Assembly: GCF_000017305.1 (NCBI RefSeq)
Contig: NC_009664.2
Span: 2,100,001 to 2,132,000 of the forward strand
Source of the DNA: Kineococcus radiotolerans SRS30216 = ATCC BAA-149
Lineage (GTDB): Bacteria; Actinomycetota; Actinomycetes; Actinomycetales; Kineococcaceae
DNA: 32,000 nucleotides
Direction of reading: 5' to 3'
The notes beneath the pieces are model-generated. The model saw only the letters and a list, made by a program, of their open reading frames with translations, did no database searches and was not told the origin of the DNA. The translations under genes were made by a program, and so were the position numbers. Shown piece after piece: positions 15,024 to 23,015 of this stretch (positions are counted from its first letter, which is position 1; each line of letters begins with the position of its first letter).

Positions 15024-16013
15024 TCACCGCCGCCCCCCGGCCGGGGTGCCGAGGGCCTCGGGGTTGAGCACGTCGGCCGGGGGGCGCCCGGCGCACACGT
15101 CGACGACGTTCTGCACCGTCCGGCGCTTGAGCTCCCCGTAGGACTCCTCGGAGTACCAGGCCAGGTGCGGGGTGAGGACGGCGGTGTCGAGGGTGGCGAG
15201 GGGGTGGCCGGGGGGCAGCGGCTCCTCCTCGAACACGTCGAGGCCGGCGCCGTGCAGGCGCCCGGCGCGCAGCGCGTCGGCGAGGGCGGCGGTGTCGAGG
15301 ACGCCGCCGCGGCTGGTGTTGACGACCACCGCGTCGGGGCGCATCCGGGCCAGTTCCGCGGCGCCGATCAGGTGGCGGGTGCCCTCGGTGAGGGGGACGT
15401 GCAGGGAGACGACGTGGGCCCGGGCGAGGAGGTCGTCGAGGGTGACGACCTCGACGCCGTCGACGGTGGTCCCCGGGGCGCGGCGGGCGTCGGTGGCGAC
15501 GACGCGGTAGCCCAGCCCGGCGGCCTTGCGGGCGGTGGCGGCGCCGATGAGGCCGAGCCCGACGACGCCGAAGACCCGCCCGCCGAACTGGTGCACCGGG
15601 CGCAGCGGGGCCAGCTCGCCGGCTCCGGCGCGCACCCGGCGGTCCATCCACGCGATGCGGCGGGCCGCGGCGAGGGCGAGGGCGATCGCGTGGTCGGAGA
15701 CCGACTCGGTGCCGTAGTCGGGGACGTTGCAGACGGCGACCCCGCGGGCGGTGCACGCGTCGACGTCGACGGTGTCGACGCCGACGCCGTAGCGGCCGAC
15801 GGCGCGCACGGTGGGCAGGGCGTCGAGGAGGTCGGCGTCGACGCGGGCGTACTGGACGACGAGGGCGTCGGCGCCGGTGGCGGCGGCGACGACGTCGGCG
15901 GCGGCGGCGGAGGGGGCGAGGAGGAGCTCGGCGCCGGCGGCGTCGGCCACGGCCCGTTCCTCGGCGAGGGAGTCGTGGTCGCAGTCGGTGATGACGATCT
16001 TCACGGCGTCCAC
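15024..16013 (-). CDS. D-isomer-specific 2-hydroxyacid dehydrogenase family protein
   Basis: 329 aa. NAD motif VVGLGLIGAATARKAAGLG. Also VNTSRGGVLD and the catalytic-region motif TPHLAWYS. Confidence 0.85.
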   Translation of the reverse strand: MDAVKIVITDCDHDSLAEERAVADAAGAELLLAPSAAAADVVAAATGADALVVQYARVDADLLDALPTVRAVGRYGVGVDTVDVDACTARGVAVCNVPDYGTESVSDHAIALALAAARRIAWMDRRVRAGAGELAPLRPVHQFGGRVFGVVGLGLIGAATARKAAGLGYRVVATDARRAPGTTVDGVEVVTLDDLLARAHVVSLHVPLTEGTRHLIGAAELARMRPDAVVVNTSRGGVLDTAALADALRAGRLHGAGLDVFEEEPLPPGHPLATLDTAVLTPHLAWYSEESYGELKRRTVQNVVDVCAGRPPADVLNPEALGTPAGGRR

Positions 16014-16088
16014 CCCGGGTGCGCGGTGGCGGTCGGGGGTGCGGTGGGTTCCACGGGGCTCTCCTGGTGGGGGGTGGGCGTCGGCGGG

Positions 16089-16886
16089 TCAGCCGACGTG
16101 GCCGAGGGCGGCGGACAGCCGCGCGGCCGTCGCGACGGCGTCGGCGGCCATCGCCTCGATCTGGGCGAGGCTGTGCTCGAGGGTGAGGGTGGAGATGCTC
16201 AGCCCGTAGCGGACGGTGCCGGTGTGGTCGTGGACCGGCGCGGCCACGCAGCCGACGCCGGGGACGTTCTCCTCGCGGTCCAGGGCGTACCCGTGGCGGC
16301 GGACCTCGGCGATCTCCGCCGCCAGCGCCTCCACGGTGGTGAGGGTGTTCGCGGTGCGCGCGGGCAGGCCGGTGCGCGCGGCGTAGCGCTCCACGCCCTC
16401 GTCGCTGAGCCCGGCGAGGACGACCTTGCCGATCCCGGAGGTGTGCAGGGGGATGGCGTGCCCCACGCGGGAGGGCATCCGGTACGGCTTGTCGGAGTCC
16501 GCGCGGATCAGGTAGACGATCTCGTCGCCGTTGGCGACGCCCACGTGCACGGTGCAGTGCACGCGGTCGACGAGCTCGTCGACGAAGGGCTGCGCGATGG
16601 CGGAGATGTCGATGCGCTGCAGGGCCTGCCCGGCCATCGACAGCAGCTTCGGACCCGGCAGGTAGCTGCCGTCGGCCGCCGCCACGACGAACTGGCGGTC
16701 GGCGAGGGTGGCCAGGATGCGGTGCGTCGTGGTCCTGGTGAGGCCGGTGGCGGCGACGACGTCGGTGAACCGGTGGTGCTGCAGCGCCGCCTCCAGGACG
16801 AGCAGGGTCTTCTCGCTCGCGCTGGTGGTGGGTCCGGCGTCCACGGCCCCGCCGTTCCCCGTGCCCGCTGCTCCGTCGACAGCCAT
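16089..16886 (-). CDS. IclR family transcriptional regulator (KdgR-like by context)
   Basis: ATG 16886 is preceded by GGGAGGA. HTH reads FTDVVAATGLTRTTTHRILATLADRQFV. The C-terminal effector domain contains HTSGIGKVVLAGL and GYALDREENVPGVGCVAAPV. Confidence 0.85.
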   Translation of the reverse strand: MAVDGAAGTGNGGAVDAGPTTSASEKTLLVLEAALQHHRFTDVVAATGLTRTTTHRILATLADRQFVVAAADGSYLPGPKLLSMAGQALQRIDISAIAQPFVDELVDRVHCTVHVGVANGDEIVYLIRADSDKPYRMPSRVGHAIPLHTSGIGKVVLAGLSDEGVERYAARTGLPARTANTLTTVEALAAEIAEVRRHGYALDREENVPGVGCVAAPVHDHTGTVRYGLSISTLTLEHSLAQIEAMAADAVATAARLSAALGHVG

Positions 16887-16938
16887 CGCCGTCCTCCCTC
16901 TCACCGCCGTGGCCCCGCCGGTCCGTCGCTGCGGCCGG

Positions 16939-17778
16939 TCACCGCAGCTCTGCGACCGGGACGCCGTCCATGTCGTCGAAGGCCTGATTCTCCCCGGCCA
17001 TGGCCCAGACGAAGCTGTAGGCGGCCGTCCCGACCCCGGAGTGGATCGACCAGCTCGGGGAGACGACGGCCTGCCCGTCCGCGACGAGCAGGTGCCGGGT
17101 CTCCGCGGGCTGCCCCAGGAGGTGCACGACGCGGTCGCCGGCGGGCAGGCCGAAGTAGAGGTAGACCTCGGTCCGGCGGTCGTGGGTGTGCGCGGGCATG
17201 GTGTTCCAGGTGCTGCCCGGGTGCAGGGTGGTGACGCCCATGACGACCTGGCAGCTCTTCACGCCGTTCTCGTGGACGTACTGGTTGAGGGTGCGCCGGT
17301 TGGCGGTGAGCTGGTCGCCGAGCTCGCGCACGGTGCCGCCGCCGGCCTCGACGAGGGTCGTGGGGTGGGCGGTGTGCGCGGGGGCGGAGAACAGGTAGAA
17401 GCGCGCCGGGCCGGCCTCGCCCGCGGGGTCCGCGGAGCGGAAGGACACCCCGTCCGCGCCGCGCCCGACGTAGAGGCAGGAGCCGTGGGCGAGGTCGTGC
17501 GTCTCGCCGTCCACGGTGATCGTGCCCGGGCCGCCGACGTTGACGATGCCCGCCTCGCGGTGCTCGAAGAACGTGGTGCTGGCGATCTCGGGGAAGGTCG
17601 GCAGGTCCAGGGCGTCACCGGTGGGGACGATCCCGGCGAGGACGACCCGGTCGTGGTGGGTGTAGACGGCGTGGACCTCGCCCTCGGCGAAGAGGTCCTC
17701 GACGAGGTAGCGGCGGCGCAGCTCGGCGGTGTCCATGCCGGGCACCTGCTCGGGGCTGGTGGCGTAGCGCTGTTCCAC
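16939..17778 (-). CDS. kduI: 5-dehydro-4-deoxy-D-glucuronate isomerase
   Basis: 279 aa; the GTG start is preceded by GGAAGGA. MEQRYATSPEQVPGMDTAELRRRYLVEDLF...WNTMPAHTHDRRTEVYLYF...WSIHSG is the typical KduI cupin signature. Confidence 0.9.
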   Translation of the reverse strand: MEQRYATSPEQVPGMDTAELRRRYLVEDLFAEGEVHAVYTHHDRVVLAGIVPTGDALDLPTFPEIASTTFFEHREAGIVNVGGPGTITVDGETHDLAHGSCLYVGRGADGVSFRSADPAGEAGPARFYLFSAPAHTAHPTTLVEAGGGTVRELGDQLTANRRTLNQYVHENGVKSCQVVMGVTTLHPGSTWNTMPAHTHDRRTEVYLYFGLPAGDRVVHLLGQPAETRHLLVADGQAVVSPSWSIHSGVGTAAYSFVWAMAGENQAFDDMDGVPVAELR

Positions 17779-17799
17779 GGGGGTCCTTCCAGGAGGGGG

Positions 17800-19113
17800 T
17801 CAGGGAGCGGCGATCAGGCCGAGGGCCTGGGGCAGCCAGAGGGAGAGGCCGGGGGTGAAGGTGACGACGACCAGGGTGATGACCAGGGCGCCGAAGTGGG
17901 GCAGGAGCTGACGGATGACCGGTTCGAGCCGGCAGCCGGCGATCTTCGCGCCGACGAACAGCACGGTGCCCACCGGCGGCGTGATCGTCCCGATGCTCAG
18001 GTTGTAGATCATGATGATGCCGAAGTGGATCGGGTCCACCCCGAAGCTCGTGACCACGGGCAGGAAGATCGGCGTGAAGATCAGCACCGCCGGCGTGGCG
18101 TCCATGAAGCAGCCGACCACGAGCAGGACGACGGTGATGAGCAGCAGGATGACCACCGGGTTCTCGCTGATGCCGAACATCAGCGACGAGGCCAGCTCGG
18201 GGATCTGGGCGAAGGACAGGACGAAGCCCATGACCGTCGACACGGCGATGAGGAACATGACCACGGCGGTCGTGCGCGTGGAGTCCAGCAGGATCCGCGG
18301 CAGGTCGCGCAGCGCCAGGCTGCGGTACACCACGGCGAGGACGGCCGAGTAGACCACCGCGATCACCGCGGCCTCCGTGGAGGTGAACCAGCCGGCCAGG
18401 ATCCCGCCGATGACCACCACGACGAGCAGCAGCGCGGGGACGGAGTCCAGGACGACCTTGACCCGCTGCGCCAGCGGGGGCTGCGCGGTGACCTTCAGCT
18501 CCGGGTGCTTGCGGGCGTACCACCAGACGACGACCATGGTGGCGACCGTCCAGAGGATGCCGGGCAGGTAGCCGGCGACGAAGAGCGCGGCGACCGAGGT
18601 GCTCGACACCAGCGAGTACACGATCATCAGGTTGCTCGGCGGGATGAGCATCCCCCCGGGCGAGGAGGCGATGTTCGCCGCCGCCGCGAAGTTCTTGTCG
18701 TAGCCCTCCTTGGCCTGCATCGGGGCCAGCGTCGAGCCGACGGCGGCCGCGGCGGCGATGGAGGAACCCGAGACGGCTCCGAAGAGGGCGTTCGCGGCAA
18801 TGTTCGTCTGCGCCAGGGAACCGGGCATCCGGCCCACCATGACCTTGCCGGCGTCGATGAGGCGCAGGGCTATGCCGCCGTTGTTCATGATGACGCCGGC
18901 GAGGACGAAGAACGGGATGGCCAGCAGGGGGAAGGAGTTGATCCCCCGGAACATCTGCTGCGCGGCGGTGAGGGCGCCGGTGCCGGTGCCGACGATGACG
19001 AACATCGCCGCGACGCTCGACACCCCGACGCCGATGCTGATGGGTGCGCCGATGGCCAGGAACAGGGCGATGCCCCCGATGAGGACGAGCCCTGCGAGTG
19101 CTGCGGGATCCAC
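17800..19113 (-). CDS. dctM: TRAP transporter large permease
   Basis: 437 aa, highly hydrophobic, with typical DctM blocks (FRGINSFPLLAIPFFVLAG, GSSIAAAAAVGS). The GTG start is preceded by GGGAGGA. Confidence 0.9.
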   Translation of the reverse strand: MDPAALAGLVLIGGIALFLAIGAPISIGVGVSSVAAMFVIVGTGTGALTAAQQMFRGINSFPLLAIPFFVLAGVIMNNGGIALRLIDAGKVMVGRMPGSLAQTNIAANALFGAVSGSSIAAAAAVGSTLAPMQAKEGYDKNFAAAANIASSPGGMLIPPSNLMIVYSLVSSTSVAALFVAGYLPGILWTVATMVVVWWYARKHPELKVTAQPPLAQRVKVVLDSVPALLLVVVVIGGILAGWFTSTEAAVIAVVYSAVLAVVYRSLALRDLPRILLDSTRTTAVVMFLIAVSTVMGFVLSFAQIPELASSLMFGISENPVVILLLITVVLLVVGCFMDATPAVLIFTPIFLPVVTSFGVDPIHFGIIMIYNLSIGTITPPVGTVLFVGAKIAGCRLEPVIRQLLPHFGALVITLVVVTFTPGLSLWLPQALGLIAAP

Positions 19114-19125
19114 GGTCGTCCTCCC

Positions 19126-19632
19126 TCAGACGGTTTCGACTTCGGCGTCCGGCTCGAACGGCGGCTCGTCGCCGCGGGCGATCCGGATCGCGTGGTGGAC
19201 GGTGTAGAGGGCGGTGAGGACACCGCAGATCGGCAGGGCGAGGTAGAGCTGCCCGACGTTGAACGGCAGACCGGTCACCTTCTGGTCCCAGGCGAGGTCG
19301 ACGACCTGGCCGCCGCCCCACGCGAGGGCGACGAGGGCGAACGCCAGGACGGAGAGCTGGACGACCAGGGCCAGCACCCGCTGCACGCCGGGAGGTGCCT
19401 TCTGCACCAGCAGTTCCACCCCCACGTGACCGCGCTCGCCGAACACCAGCGCGGACCCCAGGAGGCCGAGCCAGATGAACAGGTACTTCGCCAGTTCCTC
19501 CGACCAGGCGCTGGGGGCGTCGAGGACCTGGCGGGTGAACACCTGCCACACGACGTCGAGCACGAGCGCGGCGAACAGCACCACGCACACCCAGCTCAGG
19601 ACGCGGTCGAGGGCGTTCTTCGCCGCGGTCAT
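19126..19632 (-). CDS. dctQ: TRAP transporter small permease
   Basis: ATG 19632 gives MTAAKNALDRVLSWVCVVLFAALVLDVVWQVFTRQVL... with 4 TM segments. An alternative in-frame GTG at 19713 overlaps the dctP stop (GTGA) and would add 27 aa. Confidence 0.8.
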   Translation of the reverse strand: MTAAKNALDRVLSWVCVVLFAALVLDVVWQVFTRQVLDAPSAWSEELAKYLFIWLGLLGSALVFGERGHVGVELLVQKAPPGVQRVLALVVQLSVLAFALVALAWGGGQVVDLAWDQKVTGLPFNVGQLYLALPICGVLTALYTVHHAIRIARGDEPPFEPDAEVETV

Positions 19633-19709
19633 CGGTCCGGTCCGCGGCCGGGCCGGGGAGGCGCCGGCCGGCGGGTCGAGCTGTTCGGTCCCACCACCGT
19701 CCACGGCGT

Positions 19710-20759
19710 TCACCCCGCGGCCGCACGGGTCTTGGCGTGGAGGTCGCGCACGACGTCGTTGGTCAGCTTGGCCTCGGTCAGCGGTTCGATCGCCGCGTCG
19801 AAGGCCTCCTTGTCGACCTCGTTGAACACCGCGCCCGCGTCCTCCGCGGCCTTCTTGGCCCGGACGATCTCGTCCTCCCACAGCGCGCCCTCCTCCTCGA
19901 CGGCGGTGGCGAGCTCCTCCTCGAAGATCGTCCGCACGTCCTCGGGCAGGGAAGCCATGACGGTGGGGTTGGTGATGAGGTAGTCGGGGAGCATGAGGTG
20001 GCGGGTGTAGCTGTAGAACTGCGCGACCTCGGCGTGCTTGGAGTTGGCGTAGGTCAGTTCGTTGTTCTCGGCGCCGTCGATGACGCCGGACTGGATGGCG
20101 GTGTAGACCTCGCCCATGCCCATGGGGGTCCCGTTGCCCCCCATGAGCCGGATCATCTCGAGGTTGGTGTCGGACTCGATGACGCGGATCTTCATGCCGG
20201 CCATGTCGGCGGGGGTCGTGATGGCCCTCTCGGAGTTGTACATCGAGCGCACGCCGCCGTGGAACCCGGCGAGCACCGTCAGGTTCTGGTCCTCCAGGGA
20301 GGAGTACAGCTCGGAGACGATCCCGGGGTCGTTGGTCACCGCGCGCTGGTGCTCCTGGGAGTCGAACACGAAGGGCAGGTTGAAGACGACGAAGTTCGGT
20401 TCGTAGTTCTCCATCAGGGGGGAGGCGACCATCGCGAACTGGATGGTCCCGGCCTGGACGAGTTCGATGGTCTCCTTCTGCGCCCCGAGGGTCTCGTTGG
20501 GGAAGACATCGACGTCGTACTCCCCCCCGGTGCGTTCCTTGATGCGTTCGCCCATGGCGCTGAGGGCGACGAACTGCGGGTGGGCCTCGGACTGGTTGAA
20601 GGCGAGCTTGAAGACGTTCTCGGCGGCGGGGCCGGCGGCGGCGCTGCCGCCCGCGGTCGCCTCGGTGGCCCGCGTGCCGCTCCCGGCGCTGCACCCGGCG
20701 AGGGTGAGGGCGCCGATCCCGAGGAGGGCCGTGACCGATCTGCGCGTGTACTGCCGCAT
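19710..20759 (-). CDS. dctP: TRAP transporter solute-binding lipoprotein (DctP family)
   Basis: ATG 20759 is preceded by AAGGAG. Lipobox reads MRQYTRRSVTALLGIGALTLAGCSAG. The body is DctP-like (QFVALSAMGERIKERTGG, FHGGVRSMY). Confidence 0.9.
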   Translation of the reverse strand: MRQYTRRSVTALLGIGALTLAGCSAGSGTRATEATAGGSAAAGPAAENVFKLAFNQSEAHPQFVALSAMGERIKERTGGEYDVDVFPNETLGAQKETIELVQAGTIQFAMVASPLMENYEPNFVVFNLPFVFDSQEHQRAVTNDPGIVSELYSSLEDQNLTVLAGFHGGVRSMYNSERAITTPADMAGMKIRVIESDTNLEMIRLMGGNGTPMGMGEVYTAIQSGVIDGAENNELTYANSKHAEVAQFYSYTRHLMLPDYLITNPTVMASLPEDVRTIFEEELATAVEEEGALWEDEIVRAKKAAEDAGAVFNEVDKEAFDAAIEPLTEAKLTNDVVRDLHAKTRAAAG

Positions 20760-20858
20760 GGGTGACTCCTTCGTCAGCTGCTGCCTCGCGCCCGGGCGGA
20801 CCGGGTGCGCTGGTGGTGGTGCGGGTGGGGCGGGGTGCGGGTCGGCGGCCGGGGCCGC

Positions 20859-20926
20859 ACGGACGTCCACGTCCGTTCCGGGCTCCGGGAACTCCTCCTG
20901 ATGGAACTCTGTTCCGTGGGACGGAA
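20859..20926. promoter_or_regulatory. Array of palindromes built on GTTCCGT/ACGGAAC half-sites in the dctP-divergent control region (candidate IclR/KdgR operators)
   Basis: ACGGACG-tcca-CGTCCGT at 20859-20876. GTTCC-N8-GGAAC at 20875-20892. GGAAC-tct-GTTCC at 20903-20915. TTCCGT-ggg-ACGGAA at 20912-20926. Flanking TAnnnT boxes: TAGATT (minus strand, 20930-20925) and TACAGT (plus strand, 20933-20938). Confidence 0.45.
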
Positions 20927-21051
20927 TCTAGGTACAGTTCGCAGCGGCGTCAAGGGGGGCGGGCCGCGCGGCGCACCGCACCTCCCGGCGCCACCACGGG
21001 CTCCCCGGGCCTGCGCGGCAGCGCCCGGCCCACGACGACGACGGAGGAACC

Positions 21052-22050
21052 ATGAGCGCCCCCGCACCCGCCCCGACCCCCACCCGCCCCGGCACCCCGC
21101 CCACCCGCCCCGGCACCCTGGTCGCGGGCTACATGCTGGCCCCCACCGACCCGGCCGGGGAGGACGCCCTCTTCGCCGGCCTCGCCGACCTCGACCTCGC
21201 GGGCCTCGAGTACGCCCTGCCCCCCGAGGGGACCCGCAGCCTGGAACCCGGCTGGGTCGAGCGCAACGTCCGCCCCGAGTGGGACCTGCTCGTCACCCTG
21301 GTGCCCACGATGGTGCCGCGGCTGGGCACCGACCCCGCCTACGGGCTGTCCTCCACCGACCCCGGCTCCCGCGCCCGCGCCCTCGCCGACCTCGCCCGCG
21401 CCCGCGACCTCGCGCTCTCCCTCGCCGAGGGCTCGGGCCGCCGCCGCGTGGTCGGCATCGAGCTGCACAGCGCCCCCGGTCCCCGCGCGGGCTCGCTCGA
21501 CGCCCTCGCCCGCTCCCTGGAGGAGGTCCTGTCCTGGGACCTCGCCGGAGCCGGGGTGGTCCTGGAGCACTGCGACGCCCTGCTGCCCGGCGCCACCCCC
21601 GCCAAGGGGTTCTGGCCGCTGGAGGAGGAGATCGCGCTCGTGCAGGGGTTCGGCCTGCCCCCCGAGCGGCTCGGCCTGGGGTTCAACTGGGGGCGCTCGG
21701 CCATCGAGGGCCGCGGTCCCGCCCTCGCCCTGGAGCACGTGCGGACCCTGGCGGCCACGGGGCTGCTGCGCTCGGTCGTGTTCTCCGGCGCCACCGGGGA
21801 GGAATCCCCCTGGTCCCCGCCGTGGGCCGACACGCACATCCCCCCGCGCGGGGACGACCCCGCCCTGGCCGTCTCGGCGCCCTCCCTGCTGGGGGTGGAG
21901 GAGATCGCCGCGACGCTGCGCGCCGCCGGGGACGTCCCCCACGTCGGGCTGAAGGTCGCGGTGCGCCCCGAGGACGCCGACGTGGCCACCCGGCTCGCCG
22001 TCGCCCGGGCGTCCCTCGCGCTGATCGAGGAGGCGCGCGCCCGGGTGTGA
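21052..22050 (+). CDS. Conserved hypothetical protein, possibly a TIM-barrel (xylose-isomerase-like) sugar-acid enzyme
   Basis: 332 aa. ATG is preceded by GGAGGA. High GC3. Alternating strand/helix-like blocks: VVGIELHSAPG, VVLEHCDALLP, LGLGFNWGRS, VVFSGATGE and HVGLKVAV. From memory it resembles actinobacterial proteins labelled DUF4862; I cannot verify that here. Confidence 0.7.
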   Translation: MSAPAPAPTPTRPGTPPTRPGTLVAGYMLAPTDPAGEDALFAGLADLDLAGLEYALPPEGTRSLEPGWVERNVRPEWDLLVTLVPTMVPRLGTDPAYGLSSTDPGSRARALADLARARDLALSLAEGSGRRRVVGIELHSAPGPRAGSLDALARSLEEVLSWDLAGAGVVLEHCDALLPGATPAKGFWPLEEEIALVQGFGLPPERLGLGFNWGRSAIEGRGPALALEHVRTLAATGLLRSVVFSGATGEESPWSPPWADTHIPPRGDDPALAVSAPSLLGVEEIAATLRAAGDVPHVGLKVAVRPEDADVATRLAVARASLALIEEARARV

Positions 22051-22080
22051 GCCGCGGCGCGCGGGCGGGCCCGGCGGAGG

Positions 22081-22106
22081 GCCGGCGGGGGCCGGCGCCC
22101 GCCGGC
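22081..22106. terminator. GC hairpin between convergent genes (9-bp stem GCCGGCGGG / CCCGCCGGC, 8-nt loop)
   Basis: Read directly. A second small hairpin, CCCCC-ggc-GGGGG, sits at 22110-22122. No U-tract. Confidence 0.3.
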
Positions 22107-22126
22107 GCTCCCCCGGCGGGGGCCGG

Positions 22127-22489
22127 TCAGCCGAGGACGGCCAGCCCCAGCCCGAACGCCGCCGCGAGACCCGTGAGGGCCAGCGTCCCGGCGAGGTTCA
22201 GCAGCGCCGGGCGCACCGAACCGCGCCGGGCCAGCCGCACGGTGTCGGTCATGGCGGTGCTGAAGGTCGTGAACCCGCCGCAGAACCCCACGCCCAGGAC
22301 GAGGCGCCACGCGTCACCGGCCCCGTCGAGCACCAGCCCGGTGAGGAACCCCAGCAGGAAGGAGCCGAGCACGTTGACGACGAGGATCCCCCACGGGAAC
22401 TCCGAGGGCCACCGGTCGCGGACCGCGCCGTCGAGGGCGAAGCGGGCCGCGGCGCCCGCGCCCCCCGCCAGGGCCACCAGCAGGATCAC
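22127..22489 (-). CDS. crcB: Fluoride channel CrcB/FluC subunit
   Basis: GTG 22489 overlaps the stop of the upstream crcB (GTGA); 120 aa. Contains WGILVVNVLGSFLLGFL and the GFCGGFTTFST signature. Confidence 0.85.
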   Translation of the reverse strand: MILLVALAGGAGAAARFALDGAVRDRWPSEFPWGILVVNVLGSFLLGFLTGLVLDGAGDAWRLVLGVGFCGGFTTFSTAMTDTVRLARRGSVRPALLNLAGTLALTGLAAAFGLGLAVLG

Positions 22490-22914
22490 CGGGCCGCCCT
22501 CGCCGCCAGCGCGACGCCCAGCCCCACGGCCAGCAACCCGCCGAGCAGGCTCGCCCCGGCGTAGGCCAGCGCGGTCGCGGGGGCCCCGCCGCTGACGAGG
22601 CGGTCGAGCTCCACCGCGAAGCCGGAGTACGTGGTGAACCCCCCGCAGAACCCCGTGCCCAGGCCGAGCCGCCAGCGGCGCAGCCCCCGCGTCTCGGGCC
22701 CGCGCCGCAGCAGCGCCTCCAGCAGCAGACCCAGGACGAAGGACCCGGCGAGGTTCACCACCAGCGTCGCCAGCGGCCACCCCGCGGCGGCGGGGACCTG
22801 CGCCGAGACCGCCCACCGGGCCAGCGTCCCCACCGCGCCGCCGGCCCCGACCAGCAGCAGCGCCCGCGGGTCGCGGTGCGCCGGCACCTCGGGCGGACGC
22901 GCGGGCCGGGTCAC
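22486..22914 (-). CDS. crcB: Fluoride channel CrcB/FluC subunit (second paralogue, heterodimer partner)
   Basis: Contains LATLVVNLAGSFVLGLL and GFCGGFTTYSGF. The start is uncertain: GTG 22914 has GGGAGG 9 nt upstream, GTG 22887 is an alternative, and the track start at 22965 lies inside a 15-bp hairpin. Confidence 0.8.
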   Translation of the reverse strand: MTRPARPPEVPAHRDPRALLLVGAGGAVGTLARWAVSAQVPAAAGWPLATLVVNLAGSFVLGLLLEALLRRGPETRGLRRWRLGLGTGFCGGFTTYSGFAVELDRLVSGGAPATALAYAGASLLGGLLAVGLGVALAARAAR

Positions 22915-22955
22915 GGGGACGAGCCTCCCACGCGGCCCCGCCGCCCCGGACGACG

Positions 22956-22989
22956 GACGCCGCACCCGCCGGTCGGCGGGTGCGGCGTC
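22956..22989 (-). terminator. Perfect 15-bp GC stem with a 4-nt loop downstream of the DUF3349 gene
   Basis: ggacgccgcacccgcc ggtc ggcgggtgcggcgtc. I checked every base pair from 22956/22989 to 22970/22975. There is no U-tract, which is common in high-GC actinobacteria. Confidence 0.45.
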
Positions 22990-23015
22990 GGGGGGACGGG
23001 CCGGGGGGACGGGCC
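22990..23015. repeat. Tandem 13-mer GGGGGGACGGGCC x2, G-quadruplex-capable, abutting the hairpin
   Basis: Read directly. It shares the GGGACGGG core with the decamer repeat at 1091-1130. Confidence 0.85.

Noticed and set aside
11171-19983. Plus-strand ORFs of 1077 aa (11171-14404), 1002 aa (14226-17234) and 1091 aa (16708-19983)
   Set aside because: They are antisense to nhaA, kdgK, eda, kduD, kduI and dctM, all of which have clear family motifs and SD-preceded starts. The plus-strand translations are low-complexity (G/D/E/R/V/H-rich mirror of the sense codons).
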